From assembly GCA_963845755.1 (NCBI GenBank), contig CAWJTV010000040.1, positions 1 to 64,000 on the forward strand: 64,000 bases of DNA, in the 5' to 3' direction. The position numbers and the translations under genes were made by a program. This document shows positions 11,975 through 22,585 of the stretch, in pieces; within the stretch, counting starts at the first letter, position 1, and every line of letters begins with the position of its first letter. The notes under the pieces are model-generated. The model had not been told where the DNA came from and searched no databases. It was given only the letters and a program-made list of their open reading frames with translations. The DNA is from an uncultured Planctomycetota bacterium (GTDB taxonomy: Bacteria > Planctomycetota > Planctomycetia > Isosphaerales > Isosphaeraceae).

Positions 11975-14593
11975 ATGATGAAGGCGTTAGTGGGAGATAC
12001 AGTCGTTGACGACGACAGGAACATCGGGATCATCGAAAGTCGAGACCGCAACTTGCTGACTATCCGGTATCCCGGCCGGGGGAATCAGCGGGTGCGGAAG
12101 TCCCGGGATCAGGTCCAGCATCTGGCGGAGCGAATCCGCCAAGCCCGGCACGAAGGGAAGCCCCTGCAGGTCGGGGTCAAGATCAGCCTTGCAGGCGATT
12201 CGACTCTGGCCGAGCTGGTCGGCGTGTTCGGCTACTCGACCGGGCAACTGCGTAGCGACTCTCTCTGGAAGGTCAGGAAGCAACTCGAGCGGGCCGGACT
12301 CGAGATCTCGACCCAGGCCGGCACTTGGAGCCGGGACGACCGGTTCCGCATCAGGGTGCAGGAGGACGTCGCGACGGAAGAGATGGTCGAGGAACCCGAA
12401 GAGTCCCCTGCCGTTCAGCGCGGACGGCCGACGACATCGGTCGAGCTGCCGGACCCATTCTGGCCCACGGCGCTCGGCCTGGAACGCAACCGAGAGCTGG
12501 ACTTCCTACGAGCCCTGACGGCGAGCGATCCGATCCTCTGCTTGCTCTACATGCCCGACCAGGCCGGTCCCCACTCCTGGATCCACGCCGTGTGGGAGGG
12601 GCTAATCGGATGGGCCTTCCACGCGGCTCAGAGGTTCGTGCGACATCAGAGATTCGGCGATGCCGGTTGCGACGTTCGCATCGGCCCGGAGACGCTCCTC
12701 GGTGCCTACCTGAAGCCCTCGGTCCTCGACTCAGGGTCCCTCCGCCTGCTCGACACGCCCCACTCGCTCAACCTGATCACGATCAAGCGGGCGTCCGAGC
12801 CGCCGGCCCATCTGCATCATCTCGGCGCCGTGTGGCCGGGCCCGATCTTCGAGTTCAGGCCCGAGTACAGCCCGGGCGCCGCCCCTACGGCCGACCTTCG
12901 ATCCATCTGCGACTGCCTCTCACTCGTCGGAGGGATGGCGCCTGGCAGTGATCGGCGGGGCCACGCCGATCGGAATGTTGAACTGGGCCCGGGTCGCCCA
13001 TCGGCAGTTGACGGCGATGCCAATTACGCGGTTCGGCAACGTGATGTCGAACAAGTTGATCGCCAAGTTCAAGGGGAGCAACGAGTGCGCGTCGACGCTG
13101 GCGCTGAAGGCGCACACGGCCCACTGGATCTATGCCATCGATCCCAAGGCGAACTTGGAATTTGAATGCTCCGATGAGGAGGTTGAGGAGGATGAACTCG
13201 ATCTTGAAGGCAGGCCGGAAAGGCGACGGATCGACCTCTCTGTGGAGGGTCTGGGGGAGTTCGAGGTCGAGTCGCTGCTCGGCTCGGGTCCGATGGAATC
13301 CTTCTACCACAAGAAGATATTCTCCCGGGCGAAGGCGACGGGCGGCACGCCCTTCTGGTTGATCGTCCCGAACGACGCGATCCTCTGGGCTGGCCCCTAT
13401 CTGGGCGACCTGGCGCATCACCTGGGCGACGGCGGCCATGTGATGGTGCCCTCGATGGACGGTGGGTTCATGGATATTGCCGGCCGCCCGCTCGAATCGT
13501 CTGGTGTCGGCCCCGTGCAGCCGGACGAGATAGAGGTTACTGCGCGATCCGGTAGCGACCGTCTCCGACGCCCGGCTCAAGCTGCGAGGACGTCGCCGGC
13601 TACTCGGACATCAGGAGTCAGATCGAGGATCTGATCATCTGGCCCGAGAGGCATCGGTCCAAGCTTCGCAGCGTGTCGCGTTCCAGCGGGATCCTGTTCT
13701 TCGGGCCGCCGGGTTGCGGCAAGACGCGGTGGGCCCAGGCCATCGCCGGGGAGCTGGAGCAGGAGGTGCGGCTGCTCGGGCCGTCCGACCTCCGTGGGCC
13801 GTTCATCGGGTGGGGGCAGATCCAGATCCGCGAGCAGTTCGACTGGCTGGCCGAGAAAGAGTCCCGGATGTTGATCATCGACGAGCTGGACGGAGTGGCT
13901 CACTCCCGGCACGAGCGTCAGATGCACACCGACGACAAGGCATCGGTGAACGAACTTCTCATTCAGGTCGACCGAGTGCTCCGGCTCGGCCGGCTGCTGG
14001 CGGCGACGACGAACTTCATCGGGTCCCTGGACGAAGCGTTGACGCGGAGTGGTCGCTTCGGCCGCTTCATCCCCGTCGCACCTCCTGACCTTGAGGAGAC
14101 GGCCCAGATCACCATGTTCTACCTGAACGCCCTGGTGGGCTCGCCGGGGCCGGACGGCACGACCCCCGTGTGTATCCCGGATGCTTCCCGCGTGCGGACG
14201 ATCTTGAAGACTCTCCACGCCAAGAGCCCCGAGGAAGGCCGATTCTACTGCGGGGCCGACCTGGAGGCCGCAGTCAACGGAGCATACATGAAGAGCGTAC
14301 GCGCGGCCGTCCCAGCAGACGGTTGGAGCAATGCTGGGATCGAGAACGTCGTCGTGACCGAGGAGGTCCTGGCGACGTCGCTCGCCGCGGCCCCTCGTTC
14401 CGTGCAGTCCGATTCCATCGACCGGTTCCTCGCCGACGTCAACCGCTACTGCAATCGCGACGTGGCAGAGGCGATGATGCGAAGGTTGAAGCCGGAGCCT
14501 TCGGCCCAAGGGAACGGCGAGGCCAACGGATCGGTGCTCTTCGGGAGGATTGCCAGGTTGTTACCGAGGAGATTCTCGACATCTCGCAGGTGA
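11975..14593 (+). CDS. Large multidomain protein ending in an AAA+ ATPase, split over three ORFs
   Basis: Walker A GPPGCGKT, Walker B IIDELD, SRH ATTN...LDEALTRSGRF; the upstream ORFs overlap in a frameshift-like way. Confidence 0.75.
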
Positions 14594-14688
14594 ATCTTCG
14601 CGATCGTTTCGCGGGGCCGGGCGGGGTTGATTTTGACTCTGCTCGGACGCCAACGCGAACGCCCCGGAGTCCGGAAGACCCCGTGGCG

Positions 14689-14908
14689 TCACGAAGGAGA
14701 CGACCAAGCAACATCGAGCGTGCGAAGTCGTCCACTGGGGAGGACCTTGAAGCGGGCCAGCTCCCCATTGATGTTCTGAATCGAGATCGCATCGCCGACC
14801 TGCTCGCATAAGTAGCGGTTGGGCTGGTCGATGCGCGCGAACCCTCGCCTTTGCCTGAAGTAAAGCTTGACAGCCCGATCGATGTTGTCGTTGTCATAGT
14901 ACGACATG
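14689..14908 (-). CDS. Small phage-type hypothetical protein
   Basis: ORF MSYYDNDNIDRAVK... with GGAGG RBS. Confidence 0.45.
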
Positions 14909-15085
14909 GTGCTAGCCTCCGATTCGAGAGTGAAAACCAGATTCAAAGAAACCCTACCAATCTTATGAGGAGTGAGCATAGAAAAGAGCAGGGTTTCACC
15001 GCAACGCGAGTTCCCGAGAATCAAGTGGACAACGCTTTGTCTGTGTGATGACGTCGATTATCCCTGACATCCCCATGACGCTTCG

Positions 15086-15310
15086 TCACTTCAGCGGCGG
15101 CGGCCGGAACCCGCTGCTCTTGCGCAGAAGCCGCATCCCCTCCCTGAAGACATCCGACATCTCGCCTTTCAAGAACTTCGCGAACCCTCCGAGCCAGACC
15201 TTGTACTCGGCGGACACCTTGACCGCGAAGGATTCCTCCAAACCAGTCCTGAACGAGCCCCTCGGTCGCCCACGCTTCCGACGCCCCTCGTCAGCTCCCT
15301 CCGCTTTCAT
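15086..15310 (-). CDS. Small DNA-binding regulator (ribbon-helix-helix-like, with RGRPR motif)
   Basis: KRGRPRG, then a beta-helix-helix pattern ending PPP; divergent from an AT-rich intergenic region. Confidence 0.55.
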   Translation of the reverse strand: MKAEGADEGRRKRGRPRGSFRTGLEESFAVKVSAEYKVWLGGFAKFLKGEMSDVFREGMRLLRKSSGFRPPPLK

Positions 15311-15624
15311 CGCCCACCCCGTTCTTGAGAATTCACATTACAGTCTGATCACGATGTTTCATTCTACATGTGGCTCTACTGGAGTCAAACCGTTTATTCC
15401 ATTATTGAGTCGCTATTGCGCATTCTTGGTTTGCCTCAAATCAAGCGTGATTTGCGAAATAAAACGCGGATTCGCCCATTTTTCGATTGAATTTCTAGTA
15501 TGGACTTGATATCGTAGGAATGTTGGGTTGGTGATCGGCGCCGACCAACAAAAAAGCTCCGGGATGGGAGCAACCATCCACGGAGCCGGGTTGAAGATTC
15601 CCACGCATAATAGGAGAAGCTTCG

Positions 15625-16017
15625 ATGTCAATCTTACCCAAATCGCCCTCTCGTCGCCACGTCAACTTTCCGAAGGGCCACCCACCCGATCCCGAGACGT
15701 TCGTCGACCATGTGGTCGGAATCGACTCCATGGGCGGGGAAGTATTCGCCTCCGACGTCGACGACGAGCCCGCCATTGGCGATCCGATGTCGCTCGCCGA
15801 GACCTTGGACCGCGAGGCGTTGGCCTATCGTGGGTGGAACACGCCCATCGGCGACTTCCTTGCGGACCAAATGGATCGCGTGGCCTACCTCGTCCGCTTC
15901 ACCGGCGCAACGACGCCCCGTGAGTACGCGGACCGTCTCGAGGTCTTGGATCTCGGGATTGCGGAGCAACACTTCGACCGCGGGTATACCGAGGGCGCGG
16001 CCGCAACACGTCGTTGA
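15625..16017 (+). CDS. Phage-type hypothetical protein
   Basis: AGGAG RBS; first gene of the divergent cluster. Confidence 0.55.
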   Translation: MSILPKSPSRRHVNFPKGHPPDPETFVDHVVGIDSMGGEVFASDVDDEPAIGDPMSLAETLDREALAYRGWNTPIGDFLADQMDRVAYLVRFTGATTPREYADRLEVLDLGIAEQHFDRGYTEGAAATRR

Positions 16018-16131
16018 CCGCCTCTATCGCCCCGTCCGGCCATTCGCCGAATGGGGCTTGGTCGTTTCCCCAATCCGGCTTCCTTTTCGCGCGATCGATC
16101 GACCATTTCACCAAGTCGAGGAGATGATCCC

Positions 16132-16530
16132 ATGCAAAGCTTAAAGGCCCGCGAAGCGCGTTGGGTTCGATTCCCGCGACCCTCCACGGCGAAGTATCAC
16201 CACTCCCACCATGAGTTGTGCAATCCGGACGGGCCGTCCCAACTCGAGACCGGCAACGTGGTGGCGATGGACTTGCGGACGGCCATCGGACTCCGCGCCG
16301 CAATCGACGACGCGGTCTACAAGATTGCCCAACGCTTCGGCCTCAAGTACCAAGTCCTTCGAGCCCAATTCGGCGCGGATGGTGCGGTCTACCGGATCGG
16401 CCTTGAGGTGCGCGGGCGTCGCGCGGCCGCGGTCTACGCCACGGGCAACGCCCCGATCGTCTCATCGACCACCGCCACCGAGGGCAAGCCCCTCGGTTCG
16501 GCCCGACTCCCCAAGACGTCGGCCAAGTAA
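16132..16530 (+). CDS. Hypothetical protein
   Basis: GAGGAG RBS; coding-like ORF. Confidence 0.45.
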   Translation: MQSLKAREARWVRFPRPSTAKYHHSHHELCNPDGPSQLETGNVVAMDLRTAIGLRAAIDDAVYKIAQRFGLKYQVLRAQFGADGAVYRIGLEVRGRRAAAVYATGNAPIVSSTTATEGKPLGSARLPKTSAK

Positions 16531-16636
16531 CAAACCATCACCGGCGCGGCCGATCGGATATCGACCGCGCCACACCTTCCTTTCATCCTCATCCGAATCA
16601 AGGTCTTTCCACCCCACGCCTAAGGAGTTGACTCCC

Positions 16637-17266
16637 ATGAACACGAGACCCAACCCGATCCGGACCGACATCAACCGGAAATCCAAGGATCTCGCGATCG
16701 TCTCCCTGACCTTCGACAAGGAATCGGCCGAAGTGTGTCGCCGATGCGACTTATGCAAGGCCCGCCCCGGCCCGGCCAGTGGCGAGTTCGTCTGCGCCAA
16801 CGAGATGCCTCCCTCCGCGGTCACAAGCTTCGTCTGGGGCTCGCGCGTTGATCGAGCGGCTTCTAAGCCCCAACCATCGCCAACCGAGGTCCCAGTGCCC
16901 TCCAAGCCCAAGAAGCCTCGACGTCGGCGGAGCGCGAGAACGATCGATCAAGATGCCGCCAAACTTCGCGACGCGTTGGACGCCGAGAAGGCGGCGGATT
17001 TAGCACGCGACCCAGCGACGAGCGATGCCGAACGCTCTCGGCTGATAGAGCGCACCGAAGCGTCTGCCGCTCGTCTCCAAAAGGCCGTGGTCGATGTCCA
17101 TAGCGACTTCGACGACGATGGCTGCGAGGCGGTCGGTCTCGAGACCGAGAACCACTACATCCTCGCGATCCCTTCCTACGCGATTCAACTCATCGGCGAG
17201 AGTGGATTCGCCATCGCCATTCCCAAAGCCAACATCATCAAGTTGACCGAGTCGAAGGCTAAGTGA
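16637..17266 (+). CDS. Hypothetical protein with a CxxCxxC cluster
   Basis: AAGGAG RBS before ATG (MNTRPNP...). Confidence 0.5.
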   Translation: MNTRPNPIRTDINRKSKDLAIVSLTFDKESAEVCRRCDLCKARPGPASGEFVCANEMPPSAVTSFVWGSRVDRAASKPQPSPTEVPVPSKPKKPRRRRSARTIDQDAAKLRDALDAEKAADLARDPATSDAERSRLIERTEASAARLQKAVVDVHSDFDDDGCEAVGLETENHYILAIPSYAIQLIGESGFAIAIPKANIIKLTESKAK

Positions 17267-17288
17267 GCCGACCGACGGCGCACGCTCC

Positions 17289-17782
17289 ATGAGTCCATAT
17301 CGGCCCGGGGGGAACCAAGCCCCTCCGGGCCGATCGTATTTCCCCCACGCCACTCCAAGCCTCCCTTGGCTCCTCCAAGGCCCTCCGGACGCTCCTCTCG
17401 GCCCGGTCCCCTCCCAACGATCATCGCGAGCCCATTGAACGCCGTAGGGAGCGTTCTCGGGCTTCTTGGCCATTCCGAACCGAGCCGATGCGTCCACGGG
17501 GCTTGTGGAGGCTCCTACGGCCATTGCCAACCGGAATGAGTCCATATCGGCCCGGGGGGAACCAAGCCCCTCCGGGCCGATCGTATTTCCCCCACGCCAC
17601 TCCAAGCCTCCCTTGGCTCCTCCAAGGCCCTCCGGACGCTCCTCTCGGCCCGGTCCCCTCCCAACGATCATCGCGAGCCCATTGAACGCCGTAGGGAGCG
17701 TTCTCGGGCTTCTTGGCCATTCCGAACCGAGCCGATGCGTCCACGGGGCTTGTGGAGGCTCCTACGGCCATTGCCAACCGGA
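17289..17782 (+). repeat. Exact 247-bp tandem duplication
   Basis: 17289-17535 is repeated at 17536-17782. Confidence 0.92.
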
Positions 17783-18088
17783 TGATCCGCCCGGATCCCC
17801 GTCCTACCGATGAGGACTGGTCTGAATACCCCCGCACTTCGACCAGGCCGACGACGATTTCCCGGCCCCGCTCCCCGAGTCTGACCACCCGGTCCGCGAT
17901 CGGTACAGCCCCGAAGCGCTGGCCAACATCGGCCGCTTGCTGGCTGAGTACGACCGCCGCTGAGACCGCCTATCCTGCGCGCGCAAGCCAAGGCCCCGGC
18001 CTGCCGCAAGGCCCCGGGGTGTTCTACTGCGCCGGCCTGAACTCCTGATCGATGAGGACCCATCGTCCTGTGAGTTGGCGTTGGCCCT

Positions 18089-18125
18089 CTTCTCCACGGC
18101 TTCATCGCTCCGGCCTCATTGAAGC
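18089..18125 (+). CRISPR. Solitary CRISPR-repeat-like unit (type I-G/I-U-like); no array or cas genes
   Basis: 37 nt CTTCTCCACGGCTTCATCGCTCCGGCCTCATTGAAGC with a 3' ATTGAAGC handle and an imperfect stem. Confidence 0.55.
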
Positions 18126-18201
18126 TCGATTTCCTCCAGCGTGAAATGCCCCGCCACACATATGAATAAACTGAGAAACAAATTTATTGAAGAAATAAGT
18201 A

Positions 18202-18230
18202 TTGACATTAAGTTGGGTTTCGCTGATACT
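18202..18230 (+). promoter_or_regulatory. sigma70-type promoter upstream of hsp20
   Basis: TTGACA-17 bp-GATACT preceded by an AT-rich UP-like tract. Confidence 0.6.
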
Positions 18231-18364
18231 CGAATCGTCGGCAGGTAGACAAGGGCTGATGATGGCCACGCCGGGCAATCCGATGCACGGTCGGGGTTTT
18301 CTTGGTCCTGCGTGTCCGAGGTCTTTGCCAAAGGGCACGCTTCCTGATGAAGAGGAGATTAGAG

Positions 18365-18811
18365 ATGACAAACTCGAGATGGGATCCGTTCCGTGAGATG
18401 GTCAGCCTGCGAGATGCTGTGAATTCCCTGGTTCAGGACAGCTTCGTACCACCGAACGGCGCACCGTCAGGACGAGGAGCCGCGTTCACGCTTCCCCTGG
18501 ATATTACAGAGGCGGAGAACGATTTTGTGGTCACGGCATCACTGCCTGGCATCAAGCCGGAAGATGTTCAGACCACAGTCCTCGGCGATACCGTGACGAT
18601 CCGGGGCGAAAGCAAGGCCGATGGGGAGCAGAATGGCCATAGCTGGCTCGTGCGAGAGCGCCGTTCCGGCTCATTCCAGCGTTCGGTAAGCCTGGGCATG
18701 CCCATCAATGCGGACAATGCCAGTGCTCAGTTCGAGGACGGCGTCCTGACCCTGACCTTGCCGAAGTCGGAGCAAGCCCGTCCCAAGCAGATCAAGATGA
18801 GCGTCCGGTAG
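18365..18811 (+). CDS. Small heat-shock protein (Hsp20/alpha-crystallin)
   Basis: RWDPFRE, ASLPGIKPEDV, ERRSGSFQRS, FEDGVLTLTLPK; GAGGAG RBS. Confidence 0.95.
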   Translation: MTNSRWDPFREMVSLRDAVNSLVQDSFVPPNGAPSGRGAAFTLPLDITEAENDFVVTASLPGIKPEDVQTTVLGDTVTIRGESKADGEQNGHSWLVRERRSGSFQRSVSLGMPINADNASAQFEDGVLTLTLPKSEQARPKQIKMSVR

Positions 18812-19802
18812 ATTCGGGTCGAGCTTGATGTCCATCGAAGGCACCCAGCCATGACACAGCAACGGCGCACGGCGGTGACTCGCCTCAATGCAATGCGGAA
18901 GACGAACGAGGATGTGGTGAGGGGATTGGAGGCCGAGCGGGATCGTTTGCTGATCCAGGCCAGCCCGATCCCTTCTCCTGTCTGGAGAAGTCGCCGCCCA
19001 ACGCCGACGAAACCCGAAAGGCTGCTCCCCGCGGTGCGGACCGAGCGGTCTTTTTTGTGACCCACGGCCAGGGTCCGCAGGCAGATCACGCCACTTTCGA
19101 GAATACGAACAGGGACTTGACGTTACTTCATCGCAACGTCCGAGACCAACATCTTTCCTCGATCACACTCGGTTCGGCTCATCGCTCCCAAGCCCTCCGG
19201 CTCCCCTCTGGGGCGTTCTAGGCCCCAGACGCCATCCCGCATGGGCTCGGGCGGCGGCCGGTGTTGGACATGTCCACCGGGCCTTTGGCGCGCGAACAGA
19301 TCACGGCCTTCATGATGCCCTCCCGCTGCTCGAGGGTCTCCCCCGCGCAGGCGGCCTCTTCATTGCACCAGCCTGAAATCACGGTCGACCTCGACTCAGC
19401 GGGCGGCCCTCGTTCAGCACATCAAAATCTCAGCGTCAGGTCTCCGGCACAACCCGATCTGCGTTCTTGAAGCAGCGTACCCTGAGGCGCGGTCATGCCG
19501 AGGTGCTACTGGATCGAACATCCCTTCGAACTAGCCTTCATCTCCGCCTTCTCTCCCGAGGGTGTCGGCCAAGTCTTGCTGATGGCCGTACCTTGGCCCG
19601 CCGGGCTGTACGCCATGTGGACACACGGGGACGCGCCGTCAACGATGGGGCAGGACGATCGCCGTTGGGGTCGCGCGGTTAAGGACGGTGATGGGACTGT
19701 CTGGATCGAGTCCGGGCCGGATGAGTGAGAAAAGCTCGGCGTCAACCGCTCAGGGCTTGCTCAGCCGGGCCGGGAACGTATCGCCTGCCGAATCTATGGC
19801 CA

Positions 19803-20030
19803 TCAGTCAAGCCAGGGCGGGAGATCCAGGGTGATCTCGCCGCCGGGGGACTTGGAGATCATCCCCCATTCCCAGGAACGAAGATGCCCCGTGGTTGGTT
19901 CAAGGGAAATAACCTGGATCCGGTAGTGGCCTGACGCGGAATCCTTCACGATCGCGACGATTCCATCGATGGAGTCTGCGTCGCCGACGGAGGCGCCGTC
20001 ACTTGAGGTTGCGCGGTAGATGGTAGCCAT
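19803..20030 (-). CDS. Small hypothetical protein
   Basis: ORF MATIYRATSSDG...LDLPPWLD. Confidence 0.4.
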   Translation of the reverse strand: MATIYRATSSDGASVGDADSIDGIVAIVKDSASGHYRIQVISLEPTTGHLRSWEWGMISKSPGGEITLDLPPWLD

Positions 20031-20455
20031 GTCATCGAACTCACGGAGCTTCTCCGCTCTGCCGATTGGTGACTTTGCTCTGGGGGGCACCTTTACCTGC
20101 TTATGTTGGCTATTTGTTTAACAAAAAGTCAACCCTCAGAATCTCGAATTCCATCGTGGTCTGCCCGAGATGCCTGCGGTTCTTCGGCTGGTCGTTGCCG
20201 CGTCCTGACGTGCGCGGCACACTGGACGGGTCCGGCAGCGACAAGGCGGGGGTGTCGTCCGGGCCGGCTTGAGGGCGGGTCCTAGCCTTCGAATGAGCGC
20301 CCGAGAGCCGTTCAAACTCCGCCAGCCGGGGTGAACGCCTCCAATGTTCAGCCCCGGCACTATCGACCAGGCGGAGCCACCATGTTTCAGGTTGCCCGCA
20401 AGAGCGAAGGCATCGACAACGCCCGGGAATCGTCCCGGGCGGATCGCCGGGCTGG

Positions 20456-20749
20456 TTAGACGCTCGGGCATTCCTGGAGTGAGTCGCACTCGGGCAGCAG
20501 GATCATTAATGCTTGGTCGGTGCCCGTGATCGAATCCAATACGTACCATCGCTCGCACTTCATGCAAACACCGACCATCCGATCGGGGCGACCGACATCC
20601 GGTTGATGCAAGTCGAGGGGTCCCTCACAGACCAAGCAGCCGCCATCGTCGAGATCCCCCGGCGATGTTGAGAATCGACGCATCGTCAACGGGACCGCGA
20701 CCGTCTGGGTATCTCGGTGCATGGACCGACTTTCGAGCCTGGGGCTCAC
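20456..20749 (-). CDS. Small Zn-ribbon protein
   Basis: CLVC...LHQPD...CMKCERW. Confidence 0.5.
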   Translation of the reverse strand: MSPRLESRSMHRDTQTVAVPLTMRRFSTSPGDLDDGGCLVCEGPLDLHQPDVGRPDRMVGVCMKCERWYVLDSITGTDQALMILLPECDSLQECPSV

Positions 20750-20787
20750 ACGACAATAGGTGGATCTTCTTCCGGAGCGGGACTGAG

Positions 20788-21093
20788 TTATCGCGTGACT
20801 CGTCCGCTCTCCAAGGCGTTAGGCGTCGCCGCCCGATATCTCGGTCCCTCATGGCGGAGCAGCCAGAGTGGCTCGGTGTCCGTCAATACCAGGAACCGCA
20901 CCAGGACCTCTCCCGGTATCGTCACTCCAGCCTCGTAATTGAACCACGTCCGGAACGGAAGCCCGAGTTGATAGGCAAGCTCAGGAACTCCATGCTCACC
21001 GAAGAGTTCGGAGCGGATCAGTCGCAGACGCCCCGCAATCGCGGCTTTGCTGCTAGCCTCGTCGCCCGGGTTTGGTCGCTCGTCCATGGGCAC
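20788..21093 (-). CDS. XRE-family HTH regulator
   Basis: RLRLIR...PELAYQLGLPFRTWFNYEAG...EPLWLL. Confidence 0.75.
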   Translation of the reverse strand: MPMDERPNPGDEASSKAAIAGRLRLIRSELFGEHGVPELAYQLGLPFRTWFNYEAGVTIPGEVLVRFLVLTDTEPLWLLRHEGPRYRAATPNALESGRVTR

Positions 21094-21329
21094 GCCTCGG
21101 ATTCGAGTTTTAGAATGACACCACCCTCCTCATTGAGGGTGACACTCCTTCGTCGGGATTATTATAGCGGACCATTGATAGATTAGCAAGTATTTCAAAA
21201 AATTGAAGATTTTTAAAGCTGGCTCACCTGTAGAACATAAAGTGGCTTCTCATCTCCGAGACCGTAGTGGATAGGAGCCGACACCGTAGAGGGCGCCTTG
21301 CCACTAACCCAGAGCCGACGCTCCCGCTA

Positions 21330-22218
21330 TTATTCCCGGTACACCTCATTGAGCACAATCGCCAGCCTCACGCCCGCCTGATACAGTCGCCGCTTCGCCA
21401 CAGGAAGGCTCCGCTCGTAGTACGCATCCCCGAGTTTGGCACCCGGCTTGATCCGCTGGCCCGTCGCCGGGTCCTGGTAGGCTTCCCGTGCCGCCAGCAG
21501 GGATTCCGTCGCCCATTCCTCGATCGAGCCTCCCTGGGCCTTCTGGCGGGCTTCTGGCGTGTCCATGGCGACGAGATCGGCGAGCCACCGGGATTCATCT
21601 CCGCTCGCCCGTTCGATGATGCCGGTGTCCCAGACTCGGTGCATATTGGAGCCGCGGGTGAACCAACGAACCTGGGTATCATTCCCGCCGCGGTCGTGGT
21701 TGTCGCCGACGTGCAGGGGCAGTCAGGCTCTCATCGCTTTGATTATCGAATCAAGGACCAGGGCTGGCACCTCCTGGGTCGTCACCTTATGGCCCGTGGC
21801 CACCATAATCACTGCATTGCTTTCCGGGTCGCTGTCTGCCGAGTGCACCCACACGATCTGGTCCGGATTGATGAAGTAAACGACGCCATCTGTGCTCTTC
21901 ACCTCGATGAGTTTCTGCATGTCGGCTGCTCCTGATGTAGAGGAGGACATCAACGTAGTGCCAAGGGGCAGACTTCCTCATCCTCCCCCGGACCTCGTCG
22001 GCCCACGTCGAGGCGTCGGCCAGCGACTCGCCCGGCTCCAACAGGGCTTTGATCTCGGCTTTCGCCCGGTCGGTCAGGTGCCGTTCGGCAAGTTTGGCGA
22101 TGACGCGATGACCGAGACGCCCCCACGCGAAGGCGGGGGTGGCCTGGAGGGCGATGAGGAGAGTCAAGGTGAGAACGAGCATCGTCCGGCAAGTCGGTCG
22201 GACTCGGTCGCGGGGCAT
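21330..22218 (-). pseudogene. S1/P1 nuclease with its central part replaced by a foreign segment
   Basis: Signal peptide + AWGRLGH...WAD...WHY; PLHVG...GGN...MHRVWD...AGVRLA; middle missing compared with the paralog at 59462. Confidence 0.85.
21723..21920 (-). CDS. Small hypothetical protein inserted in the nuclease gene
   Basis: AGGAG RBS; MQKLIEVKSTDGVVYFINPDQI... Confidence 0.55.
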   Translation of the reverse strand: MQKLIEVKSTDGVVYFINPDQIVWVHSADSDPESNAVIMVATGHKVTTQEVPALVLDSIIKAMRA

Positions 22219-22585
22219 AGCTGGTGGCCTCACGGTTCGGAGTGGGAGTGGGGACCGTGATTATCGCCCGAAACCGCCGGAGAGGCAATCGCCTGGATCG
22301 ATCGCTCGGGGCGACAGAGTCGCGTTAGCTCGCGATATATGGCTATCTATATCTTATGCGGCGTCGCGGTTCAAAAGGCATTCGCTTTTTATCATGGCGG
22401 ACTATTTCCTTACAAAGTAAAGCATGCTGTTTTTTCACATCCGATGATTGCGTGCGCGCTCCAATTCGTGTAAGCAGAAAGACCATCAAGGACGACAGAG
22501 CGGCCCCCACGGTTTCTCCGGCCTCACGTCGGGCTGGAGAGCGGGTTCGCTTTGCGCGCCGTGACGCCGACGATGAGGTGCCGAG

